This document shows positions 7,118-17,027 of a DNA stretch of 32,000 bases, piece after piece. Made by a program: the position numbers and the translations under genes. The notes under the pieces are model-generated. The model worked only from the letters and a program-made list of their open reading frames with translations. It ran no database searches and was not told where the DNA came from. The stretch's first letter is position 1. Every line of letters begins with the position of its first letter. Origin of the DNA: Nitrosomonas europaea (GTDB taxonomy: Bacteria; Pseudomonadota; Gammaproteobacteria; Burkholderiales; Nitrosomonadaceae); assembly GCF_900167395.1 (NCBI RefSeq), contig NZ_FUWK01000012.1, positions 1-32,000 of the forward strand. Direction: 5' to 3'.

Positions 7118-8242
7118 TCAATTTTCGGTGATGGCAAACAGACGCTGGTATTCCCTGATGGCATAGCGGTCGGTCATGCCGGCGATGTAATCGGCGATAG
7201 CCTGATGCCCGTATTCCTGAAATTTTTGCTGATATTCATAGGGCAATAATGCAGGTTCAGTTTCAAACGTGGTAAACAATTTTTCAATCGTATGCCGTGC
7301 CTTGTTGCTCATACGCATGACCTGGTAATGCTTGTAGAGATTTTTGTGCAGAAAACGTTTCAGTTCCTGCTGCTGTCGTTTGATCGTATCGCTGAAACCG
7401 ATCAGAACCGGTTTTTCGCGCACGCTGTCCGGGCTGTCCGGGCTGGCATCCCTGATGCGGGTGCCGCTTTGCACGGTCAGGTCGACTACCAGTGTATTGA
7501 TCATGCCGCGCACGGTTTCATGAATCAAACGCCGTCCGGTAATATCCGGATAATGCTGTTTTACCTGGTGTAGGTGGCGCGCGAAGATTTCGATTTCTTC
7601 GAGCTGTGCCAGGGTAATCAGGCCGGAGCGTAAGCCATCATCCACATCGTGATTGTTGTAGGCAATTTCATCTGCCAGGTTGGCGAGCTGTGCTTCCAGT
7701 GAAGCACTGTGGCCATGCAGAAAACGTGTTCCCAGTTCGTCCAGCGCCGCAGCTTTGGATTTTGGGACTCTTTTCAGGATACCTTCGCGGGTTTCGAAAC
7801 ACAGATTCAGCCCATTGAACGTGGCATAACGTTCTTCCAGCACATCTACCACACGGAGCGATTGCAAGTTGTGCTCAAAACCTCCGTAAGTTTTCATGCA
7901 GTCGTTCAGGGCATCCTGGCCGGCGTGGCCGAAAGGTGTGTGTCCCAGATCGTGTGAGAGCGTAATCGCTTCCACCAGCTCTTCGTTGAGATTCAGATTA
8001 CGTGCAATGGAACGACCGATCTGGGCGACTTCCAGGCTGTGAGTCAGACGGGTGCGAAACAAATCGCCCTCATGATTGACGAATACCTGGGTTTTGTATT
8101 CCAGCCGGCGAAAAGCAGTGGAATGAATGACGCGATCGCGGTCGCGCTGAAACTGACTGCGTCCGGCCGGTAATTCTTCATGGATACGGCGGCCGCGTGA
8201 GTTGGTGTCGGATACGGCGTAGGGTGCCAGATTGCTACGCAT
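7118..8242 (-). CDS. dgt: dGTP triphosphohydrolase-like HD-domain protein
   Basis: HD-domain motifs are present ([44 protein letters not shown]). Start taken at [10 protein letters not shown] (8242), which overlaps the aroB stop by 8 nt. The track start at 8269 is also possible. Confidence 0.85.
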   Translation of the reverse strand: MRSNLAPYAVSDTNSRGRRIHEELPAGRSQFQRDRDRVIHSTAFRRLEYKTQVFVNHEGDLFRTRLTHSLEVAQIGRSIARNLNLNEELVEAITLSHDLGHTPFGHAGQDALNDCMKTYGGFEHNLQSLRVVDVLEERYATFNGLNLCFETREGILKRVPKSKAAALDELGTRFLHGHSASLEAQLANLADEIAYNNHDVDDGLRSGLITLAQLEEIEIFARHLHQVKQHYPDITGRRLIHETVRGMINTLVVDLTVQSGTRIRDASPDSPDSVREKPVLIGFSDTIKRQQQELKRFLHKNLYKHYQVMRMSNKARHTIEKLFTTFETEPALLPYEYQQKFQEYGHQAIADYIAGMTDRYAIREYQRLFAITEN

Positions 8243-9344
8243 CGGCAACGCAGGCTGACAATGTTTCAAGCAGCAGGGGAGTGGGGACGGTATCGCCCGG
8301 TGATGCTTTGCCGATACTATCGAGCAGGATGAAACGGATGGCGCCCTCCTTTACTTTTTTATCGAGCTGCATCGATTCCAGGTAGCGTTCAGGCGAGATG
8401 CGCGGGCCTTTTACCGGTAATCCGGTATTTTCGAACAAGTACCGGATACGATCGACCTCCTGAGAGGTAATGCGCTGCAAACGCCGGGAGAGATCAGCCG
8501 CCATGAGGGTGCCGGCGGCAACAGCCTCACCGTGCAGCCATGCGCCGTAACCCATGGCATTCTCGATTGCATGGCCAAAAGTATGGCCCAGATTGAGCAG
8601 CGCCCGCAAACCGCTTTCACGTTCATCCAGCGAAACGATTTCAGCCTTGATTTCACAACTGCGGCGGATTGCGTAATTCACTGCTGCAGGATCACGCGCC
8701 AGCAGTGAGTTCATGTGCTGTTCCAGCCAGTCGAAGAAATCTGCGTCATAGATCAGACCGTATTTGATGATTTCTGCGATGCCGGCGCGCAGTTCCCTGT
8801 CCGGCAGGGTGGTGAGGGTGGCTGAATCAGTCAGAACCAGTTGCGGCTGGTAAAAGGCGCCAATCATGTTTTTGCCAAGCGGATGGTTGATCCCGGTCTT
8901 TCCGCCTACGGACGAATCTACTTGCGCGAGCAGGGTGGTGGGAATCTGGATGAACGGTACGCCGCGCAAATAGGTGGCGGCCGCAAAACCGGTCAGGTCG
9001 CCGATGACTCCGCCTCCCAGTGCAATCAGCGGTGTCCTGCGCTCGCAGCGGTGTTCCAGCAGTGCATCAAAGATCAGATTCAGCGTTTCCCAGTGTTTGT
9101 ACCGTTCGCCGTCGGGCAGGGTGATCGCGAAGGTTTCCACGTGATGCTCGGCAAGCGCGCTACGCAGTTTTTCCAGGTAGAGCGGTGCTATGGTGGTATT
9201 GGTGACGATTGCAGCCTTTTTACCAGGCAGATGGGGAAGCAGCAGATCCATTCTGGAGAGCAACCCCTGTCCGATATGAATGGAGTAACTGCGGTTTTCC
9301 GGGAGGGTGTCAAGCGCAACTTCGATTGATTCTATTGCATTCAT
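8235..9344 (-). CDS. aroB: 3-dehydroquinate synthase
   Basis: Motifs [32 protein letters not shown] and [12 protein letters not shown] are present. ATG at 9344 (MNAIESIEV...). The track start at 9359 is a TTG five codons upstream. Confidence 0.92.
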   Translation of the reverse strand: MNAIESIEVALDTLPENRSYSIHIGQGLLSRMDLLLPHLPGKKAAIVTNTTIAPLYLEKLRSALAEHHVETFAITLPDGERYKHWETLNLIFDALLEHRCERRTPLIALGGGVIGDLTGFAAATYLRGVPFIQIPTTLLAQVDSSVGGKTGINHPLGKNMIGAFYQPQLVLTDSATLTTLPDRELRAGIAEIIKYGLIYDADFFDWLEQHMNSLLARDPAAVNYAIRRSCEIKAEIVSLDERESGLRALLNLGHTFGHAIENAMGYGAWLHGEAVAAGTLMAADLSRRLQRITSQEVDRIRYLFENTGLPVKGPRISPERYLESMQLDKKVKEGAIRFILLDSIGKASPGDTVPTPLLLETLSACVADA

Positions 9345-9446
9345 ATCACATTCTTTCAAGATTATCGTTCAGCGGAAGCAAAGCCTGATCGGGGTTTATC
9401 AGAATCCGTGTGTAAATCATATTGCCGGGTATAAGGCGGTTTGCGG

Positions 9447-10082
9447 TTATTCAGACGGTTTAACGCAAGGAGGAGATCCGGCAGCAGTGAATTCCTGATT
9501 GGACTGGCGTAATTTCTGTATCAGTTTCTGGACGAAAGCACGGGCACTTTGCCGACCGCTGTCCATGATGATATGTGCGGTTTCGCGATACAGCGGATCG
9601 CGTTGGGTAAATAGCTCAATCAGTTTGGCATGCACGTTTCCGGTTTGCAGCAGAGGCCGGTTTTTATCCAGATAAGTACGGCGGCGCAATTCCGTGACGG
9701 GTGCACACAGATAAACCACCGTACCATGCTGCCGCAGTAAGGCACGATTATCGGGGTGTAATATTGCTCCCCCTCCGGTAGCGAGTACGATGTTCTGCTG
9801 CCTGACGATATCCCGCAGTACTTCGCTTTCACGTTTGCGAAAACCGGCTTCTCCTTCTATTTCGAAGATCACGGGTATTCCGACCCCTGTGCGTCGCTGG
9901 ATTTCATGATCGATGTCGATGAAAGTCTTGCCGACGAGATTTGCTAGTAACTTGCCAACCGTGGTTTTACCGGAGCCCATCATACCGATCAGGATGATGT
10001 TGCCTGGTATCGACCCGGTATCAGAATTTTTTGTGTTTGGCGTTTTGCTGCGTTGCATGCGGTAATTGTACCGGAAATGCAT
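9447..10082 (-). CDS. aroK: Shikimate kinase
   Basis: P-loop GMMGSGKTTVG, then DIDHEI..RTG..I..IFE.EGE..FR..E, then LATGGG. The N-terminus is uncertain, with an alternative ATG at 10058. Lies upstream of aroB as in most proteobacteria. Confidence 0.9.
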   Translation of the reverse strand: MHFRYNYRMQRSKTPNTKNSDTGSIPGNIILIGMMGSGKTTVGKLLANLVGKTFIDIDHEIQRRTGVGIPVIFEIEGEAGFRKRESEVLRDIVRQQNIVLATGGGAILHPDNRALLRQHGTVVYLCAPVTELRRRTYLDKNRPLLQTGNVHAKLIELFTQRDPLYRETAHIIMDSGRQSARAFVQKLIQKLRQSNQEFTAAGSPPCVKPSE

Positions 10083-10213
10083 AACCCGCCTATGGATTTC
10101 CCTGAAGGGACCTTTGAAGGCGCCGGGATGGTTTTTCCTGGGTATTTGCCTGAATCCCGCTTGAACCAGGTAAGAAAATACAGCGAGAAGCAGGATCGAT
10201 TATCGAGGTGAAT

Positions 10214-11575
10214 TTATAAAAATCTGGCAACGAATGCTTTTTCGATATCCCCGCTTAGTGGGATTCTGACACGATGGCCGCTGCCGGGTGCAACGCTGAC
10301 GGCATTGCCTTCAAGATCCTGCATTTGTTCGAGCTGGATGACGCGATTACCGGAAGGGTGAACGATTTCCAGGCGATCACCGGTCTGGAAGCGATTCTTG
10401 ACCAGGATTTCGGCCATGCCGGTGGTGGCATCCACATGTTCGATGTCGCCCACATACTGGCTGCGGGAGGATTCAGAATGGCCACGCAGATAATTCTGCG
10501 TTTCCTGGCTGTGATGGCGCTGATAGAAGCCATCGGTATAGCCGCGATTGGCCAGGCCTTCCAGCTGGCCTAACAGTGCCGGATCGAAAGGGCGCTGATG
10601 AACGGCATCATCGACTGCCTGACGATAAACCTGTGCGGTACGTGCGACATAGTAGGCTGATTTGGTTCGTCCTTCGACCTTGAGTGAGTCGATACCGATT
10701 TCGGTCAGGTGCGCCACATGCTCGACCGCGCGCAAATCCTTCGAGTTCATGATGTAGGTGCCATGCTCGTCTTCCATCACAGGCATCAGTTGCCCCGGTC
10801 GCTGGCTTTCCTCGATCAGATAAACCTGATCGGCTGCCGGGTGACGTTTTATGGCAGTGTTGCTGAAAGAAATGGATTCAGTCGATTGGAGTGCTTCATT
10901 GAAATCAAAGTCGATTTTTTGTGGCAGTTCGATATCGCCACTGGCATTTTCTTCAGCGGCCTTGACCTTGTAATCCCAGCGGCAGGAATTGGTGCAGGTA
11001 CCCTGATTGGGGTCGCGATGGTTGAAATAGCCGGACAGCAGGCATCGTCCGGAGTAGGCGATACATAAGGCGCCATGCACGAATACTTCGAGTTCCATGT
11101 CCGGGCAGAGTGTGCGGATCTCACTGATTTCTTCCAGCGACAGTTCACGCGACAGGATGACACGCGTCAGGCCGAGTGATTGCCAGAATTTGACAGCGGC
11201 ATAGTTGACGGTATTGGCCTGGACGGACAGATGAATTGGCACATCCGGCCATGTTTCCCGTACCATCATGATGAGGCCGGGGTCGGCCATAATCAGTGCA
11301 TCGGGCTGCAGTTCAATGACAGGCGCCATATCACGCAGGTAGGTCTTGACCTTGCTGTTGTGCGGCATCAGGTTACTTGCCACAAAAAATTTCTTGCCGA
11401 GCTGATGCGCTTCAGTGATTCCTGTGCACAACTGTGGTAGGGTAAATTCATTGTTGCGGGCGCGCAGCGAGTAGCGCGGCTGGCCGGCATAGACCGCATC
11501 TGCTCCAAAAGCGTAGGCAGCACGCATTTTTTCCAGAGAGCCGGCGGGCAGGAGTAATTCAGGGGCTTTCAGCAT
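10214..11575 (-). CDS. trhP: U32-family peptidase-like protein, YegQ/TrhP type (tRNA U34 hydroxylation)
   Basis: 453 aa, the same length as E. coli YegQ, and similar to it along the whole protein as I recall that sequence. Shared stretches include PELL.PAG.L..M..A...GADAVYAGQPRYSLR.RNNEF, SVQAN, LTRVILSRELSLEEI and GALC.AYSGRCLLSGY...RDPNQGTCTN.CRW. Confidence 0.85.
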   Translation of the reverse strand: MLKAPELLLPAGSLEKMRAAYAFGADAVYAGQPRYSLRARNNEFTLPQLCTGITEAHQLGKKFFVASNLMPHNSKVKTYLRDMAPVIELQPDALIMADPGLIMMVRETWPDVPIHLSVQANTVNYAAVKFWQSLGLTRVILSRELSLEEISEIRTLCPDMELEVFVHGALCIAYSGRCLLSGYFNHRDPNQGTCTNSCRWDYKVKAAEENASGDIELPQKIDFDFNEALQSTESISFSNTAIKRHPAADQVYLIEESQRPGQLMPVMEDEHGTYIMNSKDLRAVEHVAHLTEIGIDSLKVEGRTKSAYYVARTAQVYRQAVDDAVHQRPFDPALLGQLEGLANRGYTDGFYQRHHSQETQNYLRGHSESSRSQYVGDIEHVDATTGMAEILVKNRFQTGDRLEIVHPSGNRVIQLEQMQDLEGNAVSVAPGSGHRVRIPLSGDIEKAFVARFL

Positions 11576-11681
11576 GATGTAAAATGAGGCAAATGGGCTG
11601 AGGAAATAAAGCTGCTTCAGCTCTTTCCTTCGCTATCCGGTTGTTTTTCAAAGTTTCAGTGAATGTTGCCATTGTATCACC

Positions 11682-14600
11682 ATGCCGATTGACCCTGTTT
11701 TCATCCATTTGCGGTTGCACAGCGAGTATTCTGTCGTGGACGGTATCGTGCGGGTTGAAGAAGCGGTTGCAAAAGCGCGCGATGTCGGGATGCCAGCGTT
11801 GGCATTGACGGATCTTTCCAATCTCTTTGGTCTGGTCAAATTTTATCAGTGTGCCTTCAAGGCCGGGATCAAGCCGATTGCCGGCTGCGATGTCTGGGTC
11901 ACGAATGAAAACGATGCAGATCGGCCTTTTCGCTTGCTGCTGCTGTGCCAGTCTTTTTCCGGTTATCTGCTTTTGAGCCGCCTGCTGTCTCGTGCTTATC
12001 GCGAGAATATGTGTCGCGGTCGTGCCGAGCTGAAAAAAAGCTGGTTTCGGGAAGAGGATGCGGGTACAGAAGGGTTGATTGCGTTGTCCGGCGGAGGCCA
12101 GGGGGAGGTTGAGCAATTATTGCTGGCTGACCCGCCTGCTGCAGTAACGGCTGCGCAGCAGTGGGCAGATTTGTTCCCCGGAAGGTTTTATCTGGAAATT
12201 CAGCGTTGTGGCCGCCCTAATGAGGAAACATCAGGATATGCCCTGCTGGATCTGGCTTCCAGCCTGAAACTGCCGGTAGTGGCGACTCACCCGGTGCAGT
12301 TCATGCGGCCGGAGGATTTCAGGGCACATGAAGCGCGTGTATGTATCGCACAGGGGTATGTACTGGGAGATCGCCGGCGTCCGAAGGAATTTACCGGGCA
12401 ACAGTACTTCAAAACGCCGGCAGAAATGGGCGAGCTGTTCCGTGATGTGCCGGAAGCACTGGCCAACAGTGTGGAAATTGCCAGACGTTGTTCGCTGATG
12501 CTGGAGCTGGGGGTCAACCGGTTACCGGATTTTCCGACACCTGCCGGAATCAGTGTCGAACAGCATCTGCGCGAGCTGGCTCAGACAGGGCTCGAAGCAC
12601 GTTTGCTGCAATCGTTCCCGCAGGTACTGCAACGTGACGAAAGGCGGCCAATTTATCAGATGCGGCTGGATTTTGAAGTGGAAACCATCATCCAGATGGG
12701 GTTTGCCGGTTATTTTCTGATTGTGGCCGACTTTATCGGCTGGGCCAAGCAGCATGATGTGCCGGTCGGGCCGGGACGCGGTTCCGGCGCAGGATCGCTG
12801 GTAGCCTATTCTCTGGGGATTACTGACCTGGATCCGCTGCTTTACGATTTGCTGTTCGAACGATTCCTGAATCCGGAGCGCGTTTCCATGCCGGATTTCG
12901 ATATCGATTTTTGTCAGGATCGGCGTGAGCAGGTGATCGAATACGTGCGCGACCGTTACGGCGCGGAGAGTGTGGCGCAGATTGCAACATTCGGTACCAT
13001 GGCTGCCAAGGCGGTAGTGCGTGATGTCGGGCGAGTGCTCGATCTGCCGTATAACTTTGTTGATCAGCTGGCCAAGCTGGTGCCGTTCGAACTGGGTATG
13101 ACCTTGCGCAAGGCGCGTGAAATCGAGCCATTGCTCAACCAGCGTGCGGAGGAAGAGGAAGATGTGCGCAATCTGCTGGAACTGGCAGAACGACTGGAAG
13201 GATTGACGCGCAACGTGGGAATGCACGCGGGGGGGGTGCTGATTGCGCCGGGGAAGATCACCGATTTCTGTCCGGTTTACTGTGCTGATTCGGGAGATGC
13301 GGTTGTTAGCCAGTATGACAAGGATGATGTCGAGAAAGTCGGCCTGGTGAAGTTTGACTTCCTCGGGTTGCGGACATTGACCATTCTCGATCGGGCAGTT
13401 GCCGATATCCGGCAGTATAGGGCAGCGTCTCCCGGATCGGCGGTGGCTGAACCGGATGTGCAATCTGCCGAAGAAAGTCATTTTTCACTGGAGAGTATTT
13501 CCCTCGAGGATGCGGCCACATTTTCTTTGATGGCGAAGGGCAATACTGTCGGGATTTTTCAGTTTGAATCACGCGGGATGAAAGATCTGCTGCAGCGGGC
13601 AAGACCTGACCGGTTTGAGGATCTGATCGCGCTGGTGGCGCTTTACCGGCCGGGGCCGATGGATCTGATACCTGACTTCATCGAGCGCAAGCACGGCAAG
13701 CGGGTGGATTATCTGGATCCGCGCCTGCAGCCGATCCTTGGACCTACTTACGGCATCATGATTTATCAGGAGCAAGTGATGCAGATTGCCCAGGTAATCG
13801 GCGGTTACAGCCTGGGCGGGGCTGATTTGCTGCGGCGTGCCATGGGCAAAAAGAAAGTGGAGGAAATGGCACAGCAACGTGCCGTGTTCGTTGAAGGTGC
13901 AATCAGGAACGAAATGGCCGAAGCGGATGCCGTGACGCTGTTTGGCCTGATGGAAAAATTTGCTGGTTACGGTTTCAATAAATCCCATGCGGCCGCGTAT
14001 GCGCTGATTGCTTACCAGACGGCCTATCTCAAGACCCATTATCCGGCGGAGTTCATGGCTGCCTGTATGTCATCGGATATGGATGACACGGATAAGGTGA
14101 ATGTGTTTTATGAGGATTGCAAACTGAACGGGATTGTCATCCTGCCGCCGGATATCAATGAATCGGGGTATTACTTCGTTCCGGTCGATCATAAAACTAT
14201 TCGCTATGGTCTGGGAGCCGTAAAGGGGTCGGGGGAGGCAGCTATCTCGGCTATCGTTCAGGTCAGGGAGCAGGGAAGTACATTCACTGGTTTGTTCGAT
14301 TTCTGCCGGCGTGTCGACCGGCGTATTGTCAATCGTCGTACTATTGAAGCGCTCATCCGTGCGGGTGCATTTGATTCGGTTGAAACCAATCGCGCAGCAC
14401 TCCTTGAATCCGTGGGCAATGCCATGGAGTATGCCGAGCAATGCAGCCTGGCTGCCAGTCAGGTGAGCTTGTTCGATGAAAATACAGATTTGATTCAGCC
14501 GCCAGCAATTACAGGTGTTGCGCAATGGCCGGAGAGAGAGAAGCTGCAGAACGAAAAAATGGCGCTGGGTTTTTATCTGAGCGGCCATCCTTATGACAGC

Positions 14601-15191
14601 TATGCCAGGGAGCTGAGCTGCTTCATCCCGGTGCGCCTCAGCCGTATCGTTCCCGGACGTGAACCGCAGCTCATCGCCGGCGTGATCTATGCCATACGGA
14701 CACAAATGTCCCGGCGCGGGAAGATGGCGATTGTTACGCTGGATGACGGGCTGGCAAGAGTCGAGGTCGTAGTCTACAGTGATTTGCTGAGCACGGGCTC
14801 ACACTTCATGAAGGCAGATCAGTTGCTGGTTGTCAGAGCCCTGGTCAGCCATGGTAACGGGGAAAATGCTGATCGGCGTATCGTGGCGAAGGAGATTTAT
14901 GATTACGTCACTGCTCGTTCGATGCATGCCAGAAAACTGAGAATCATGATCGATGACTCCGGGCTTCTCACGCCCGCGCAATTGAAGGAGTTGCTGGCTG
15001 CCAATCTACCGGAAAATGGAGTGAATAATGTCATTCCTTCGTCAGGTTGTGCGGTATCGATCGATTTTCGTAACCAGGTGGGTAGTTGTGAAATTGATTT
15101 GAGCAGCCGTTGGCGTGTTCATTTACATGAAGGGCTGATCGAGTCGCTTATGGACATTCTCGGTCGTGACAAGGTGGAAGTGGTTTATTGA
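11682..15191 (+). CDS. dnaE: DNA polymerase III alpha subunit
   Basis: 1169 aa. It has an N-terminal PHP domain (FIHLRLHSEYS) plus GRGSGAGSLVAYSLGITDLDP, MPDFDIDF and FNKSHAAAYALIAYQTAYLK. A C-terminal OB-fold region is also present. Confidence 0.97.
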   Translation: MPIDPVFIHLRLHSEYSVVDGIVRVEEAVAKARDVGMPALALTDLSNLFGLVKFYQCAFKAGIKPIAGCDVWVTNENDADRPFRLLLLCQSFSGYLLLSRLLSRAYRENMCRGRAELKKSWFREEDAGTEGLIALSGGGQGEVEQLLLADPPAAVTAAQQWADLFPGRFYLEIQRCGRPNEETSGYALLDLASSLKLPVVATHPVQFMRPEDFRAHEARVCIAQGYVLGDRRRPKEFTGQQYFKTPAEMGELFRDVPEALANSVEIARRCSLMLELGVNRLPDFPTPAGISVEQHLRELAQTGLEARLLQSFPQVLQRDERRPIYQMRLDFEVETIIQMGFAGYFLIVADFIGWAKQHDVPVGPGRGSGAGSLVAYSLGITDLDPLLYDLLFERFLNPERVSMPDFDIDFCQDRREQVIEYVRDRYGAESVAQIATFGTMAAKAVVRDVGRVLDLPYNFVDQLAKLVPFELGMTLRKAREIEPLLNQRAEEEEDVRNLLELAERLEGLTRNVGMHAGGVLIAPGKITDFCPVYCADSGDAVVSQYDKDDVEKVGLVKFDFLGLRTLTILDRAVADIRQYRAASPGSAVAEPDVQSAEESHFSLESISLEDAATFSLMAKGNTVGIFQFESRGMKDLLQRARPDRFEDLIALVALYRPGPMDLIPDFIERKHGKRVDYLDPRLQPILGPTYGIMIYQEQVMQIAQVIGGYSLGGADLLRRAMGKKKVEEMAQQRAVFVEGAIRNEMAEADAVTLFGLMEKFAGYGFNKSHAAAYALIAYQTAYLKTHYPAEFMAACMSSDMDDTDKVNVFYEDCKLNGIVILPPDINESGYYFVPVDHKTIRYGLGAVKGSGEAAISAIVQVREQGSTFTGLFDFCRRVDRRIVNRRTIEALIRAGAFDSVETNRAALLESVGNAMEYAEQCSLAASQVSLFDENTDLIQPPAITGVAQWPEREKLQNEKMALGFYLSGHPYDSYARELSCFIPVRLSRIVPGREPQLIAGVIYAIRTQMSRRGKMAIVTLDDGLARVEVVVYSDLLSTGSHFMKADQLLVVRALVSHGNGENADRRIVAKEIYDYVTARSMHARKLRIMIDDSGLLTPAQLKELLAANLPENGVNNVIPSSGCAVSIDFRNQVGSCEIDLSSRWRVHLHEGLIESLMDILGRDKVEVVY

Positions 15192-15259
15192 TGGTAGGTT
15201 CGGGTAATGCTGTGCCCCGGGTGAAGTTACCAACCCGGACTGCAGAAATTCAGCTTGTT

Positions 15260-15451
15260 TCAATTGCCGTGAATATATTCGATGTAGACCCATAGCATCA
15301 TGAGCATGAACAGTACCAGTGAGAGTGTGACCCGGATAGTGAGCGATTTGACCATGCGTGTACTGTCGCCTTTATCCTTGATCATGAAATAAAGTGCAGA
15401 GCCCAGGCTGTAGAGGATGGATAGCAGAAGTAGAATGGCAAGTATTTTCAA
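15260..15451 (-). CDS. Small two-TM membrane protein (DUF2909-like)
   Basis: 63 aa with two hydrophobic helices flanking KDKGDSTRMVKSLTIRV, which matches the layout I recall for DUF2909 small proteins. The family assignment is unverified. Confidence 0.6.
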   Translation of the reverse strand: MKILAILLLLSILYSLGSALYFMIKDKGDSTRMVKSLTIRVTLSLVLFMLMMLWVYIEYIHGN

Positions 15452-15601
15452 GTGTTCTCCCGATGGATGACAGACAGTTCCTGCACCGTTTCCGCTGCTT
15501 TTACTGCCGTTTGGAAACTCCAGCAGACGATGGTCTAGGCCGCTTATCAGGAATTGGCCCAGAAACCGATCATCTGCTTTTTTTATTGTAACTGATAACA
15601 G

Positions 15602-16561
15602 TTGGCTGTGAACTATCCTGATATCGAATCCCCACCGGCGATTTTCCTGATGGGACCTACTGCCAGCGGAAAATCTGCTATGGCTCTGGAGATTGCACGA
15701 CGTTTCCCGGTGGAAATCATTGGTGTCGACTCAGCCCAGGTTTACCGGTTTATGGATATCGGCAGCGCCAAGCCGGACAAACTGATACTGTCGGAAATTC
15801 CTCACCATCTGATCGATTTGATTGACCCTGATGAAAATTATTCCGCTGCACGCTTCAGGGAGGATGCTTTGTCGGTGATGCGTGAGATTACGGCACGCGG
15901 CAGGGTTCCGTTACTGGTCGGAGGTACCATGCTTTATTTCAAAGTGTTGCGGCAGGGACTCGCTGCATTGCCTCCAGCGGATGATAGCGTGCGCAGAGCA
16001 TTGGAGCAGCAGGCCCTCGATAAGGGATGGCCTGCCATGCATGCTGTTTTGAGCCAACTCGATCCTGTAACGGCGGGTCGTATCCAGCCGAATGACAGTC
16101 AGCGAATACAGCGTGCGCTGGAAGTCTGTTATCTGACCGGCAAGCCCATGTCGGAAATGCTGGAGCAGCAGCAAAATGCCGATTTTCCATTTCGTGTTTT
16201 CAATATCGCGCTGCTCCCGGGCGACCGCAGTGTTTTACACGACCGTATCAGTCAACGGTTTGCAACCATGCTGGAAGCCGGTCTGATCGATGAAGTACGC
16301 CTGATCCGGGAGCAGTTCCATGTCAACGGCGATATGCCTTCGATGCGGTGTGTGGGTTATCGCCAGGTTTGCATGTACCTGGACAATGAAATCAGCTTTG
16401 CCAGAATGCAGGAAACGGGTGTTTTTGCGACCCGGCAGCTGGCTAAACGCCAATTGACCTGGCTGAGGTCGATGAGCGGACTGCAGATATTCGACTGTCT
16501 GGAAAATAGACTGGCCCGACAGATAATCGATCTTATCCAGGCGCAGCGCCTTTTCTCCTGA
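15602..16561 (+). CDS. miaA: tRNA dimethylallyltransferase
   Basis: Motifs AIFLMGPTASGKS, VDSAQVYRFMDIGSAKP, GGTMLY and QR..RALEV are present. The start is non-ATG (TTG 15602 or GTG 15608) and I see no clear Shine-Dalgarno. Confidence 0.92.
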   Translation: MAVNYPDIESPPAIFLMGPTASGKSAMALEIARRFPVEIIGVDSAQVYRFMDIGSAKPDKLILSEIPHHLIDLIDPDENYSAARFREDALSVMREITARGRVPLLVGGTMLYFKVLRQGLAALPPADDSVRRALEQQALDKGWPAMHAVLSQLDPVTAGRIQPNDSQRIQRALEVCYLTGKPMSEMLEQQQNADFPFRVFNIALLPGDRSVLHDRISQRFATMLEAGLIDEVRLIREQFHVNGDMPSMRCVGYRQVCMYLDNEISFARMQETGVFATRQLAKRQLTWLRSMSGLQIFDCLENRLARQIIDLIQAQRLFS

Positions 16562-16712
16562 TTGGTCGGGCGGTTACTGATTGTAACTGATGGAGGATAC
16601 AGACTGAATTACGTAACGGAAGCGGATGACAGGTAACAACCTGATTTTGCGACCGCTCGGCAGAACATATCGGGCAGATTATATGAATATACTGCTGACG
16701 CCGGAATCATGA

Positions 16713-16788
16713 TGGCGTCCCCAAGGGGATTCGAACCCCTGTACCCACCGTGAAAGGGTGGTGTCCTAGGCCTCTAGACGATGGGGAC
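16713..16788 (-). tRNA. tRNA-Glu (anticodon UUC)
   Basis: Minus strand reads GTCCCCATCGTCTAGAGGCCTAGGACACCACCCTTTCACGGTGGGTACAGGGGTTCGAATCCCCTTGGGGACGCCA. It is 76 nt and folds by hand into a cloverleaf with anticodon loop CTTTCAC. The CCA end is encoded. Confidence 0.93.
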
Positions 16789-16815
16789 CAAGATTGACAG
16801 GTGAGGCAAACAAGC

Positions 16816-16891
<76 letters not shown>

Positions 16892-16909
16892 GAGCAAAAC
16901 AAGTCGGCA

Positions 16910-16938
16910 ATTATACTGACCACCCCCTTTGTTGTAAA
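16910..16938 (-). promoter_or_regulatory. Sigma70-type promoter for the tRNA-Ala/tRNA-Glu pair
   Basis: Minus strand reads TTTACA (16938-16933), a 17-nt spacer, then TATAAT (16915-16910). The -10 element ends 18 nt before the first base of tRNA-Ala. Confidence 0.55.
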
Positions 16939-17027
16939 GCAGCGTGTCATAATCGCGACCTGCAATTATATTTCTGGCAGGGGAAGGCTGCTCCCGTACG
17001 TACTGGTCGATAGCAGATCCGTTTTCG

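Noticed and set aside
7118-8242. The dGTPase-like gene as a possible nucleotide-depletion anti-phage defence gene
   Set aside because: It overlaps aroB in the conserved aroK-aroB-dgt housekeeping arrangement. It has host-like composition and no mobile or defence neighbours. The housekeeping Dgt-like paralogue is the simpler explanation.
11559-14705. Antisense ORFs inside dnaE (11559-12116-, 12522-13481- of 319 aa, 13569-14039-, 14070-14705-)
   Set aside because: They lie entirely opposite a highly conserved polymerase gene. They have no motifs and show odd composition, so they are antisense artefacts.
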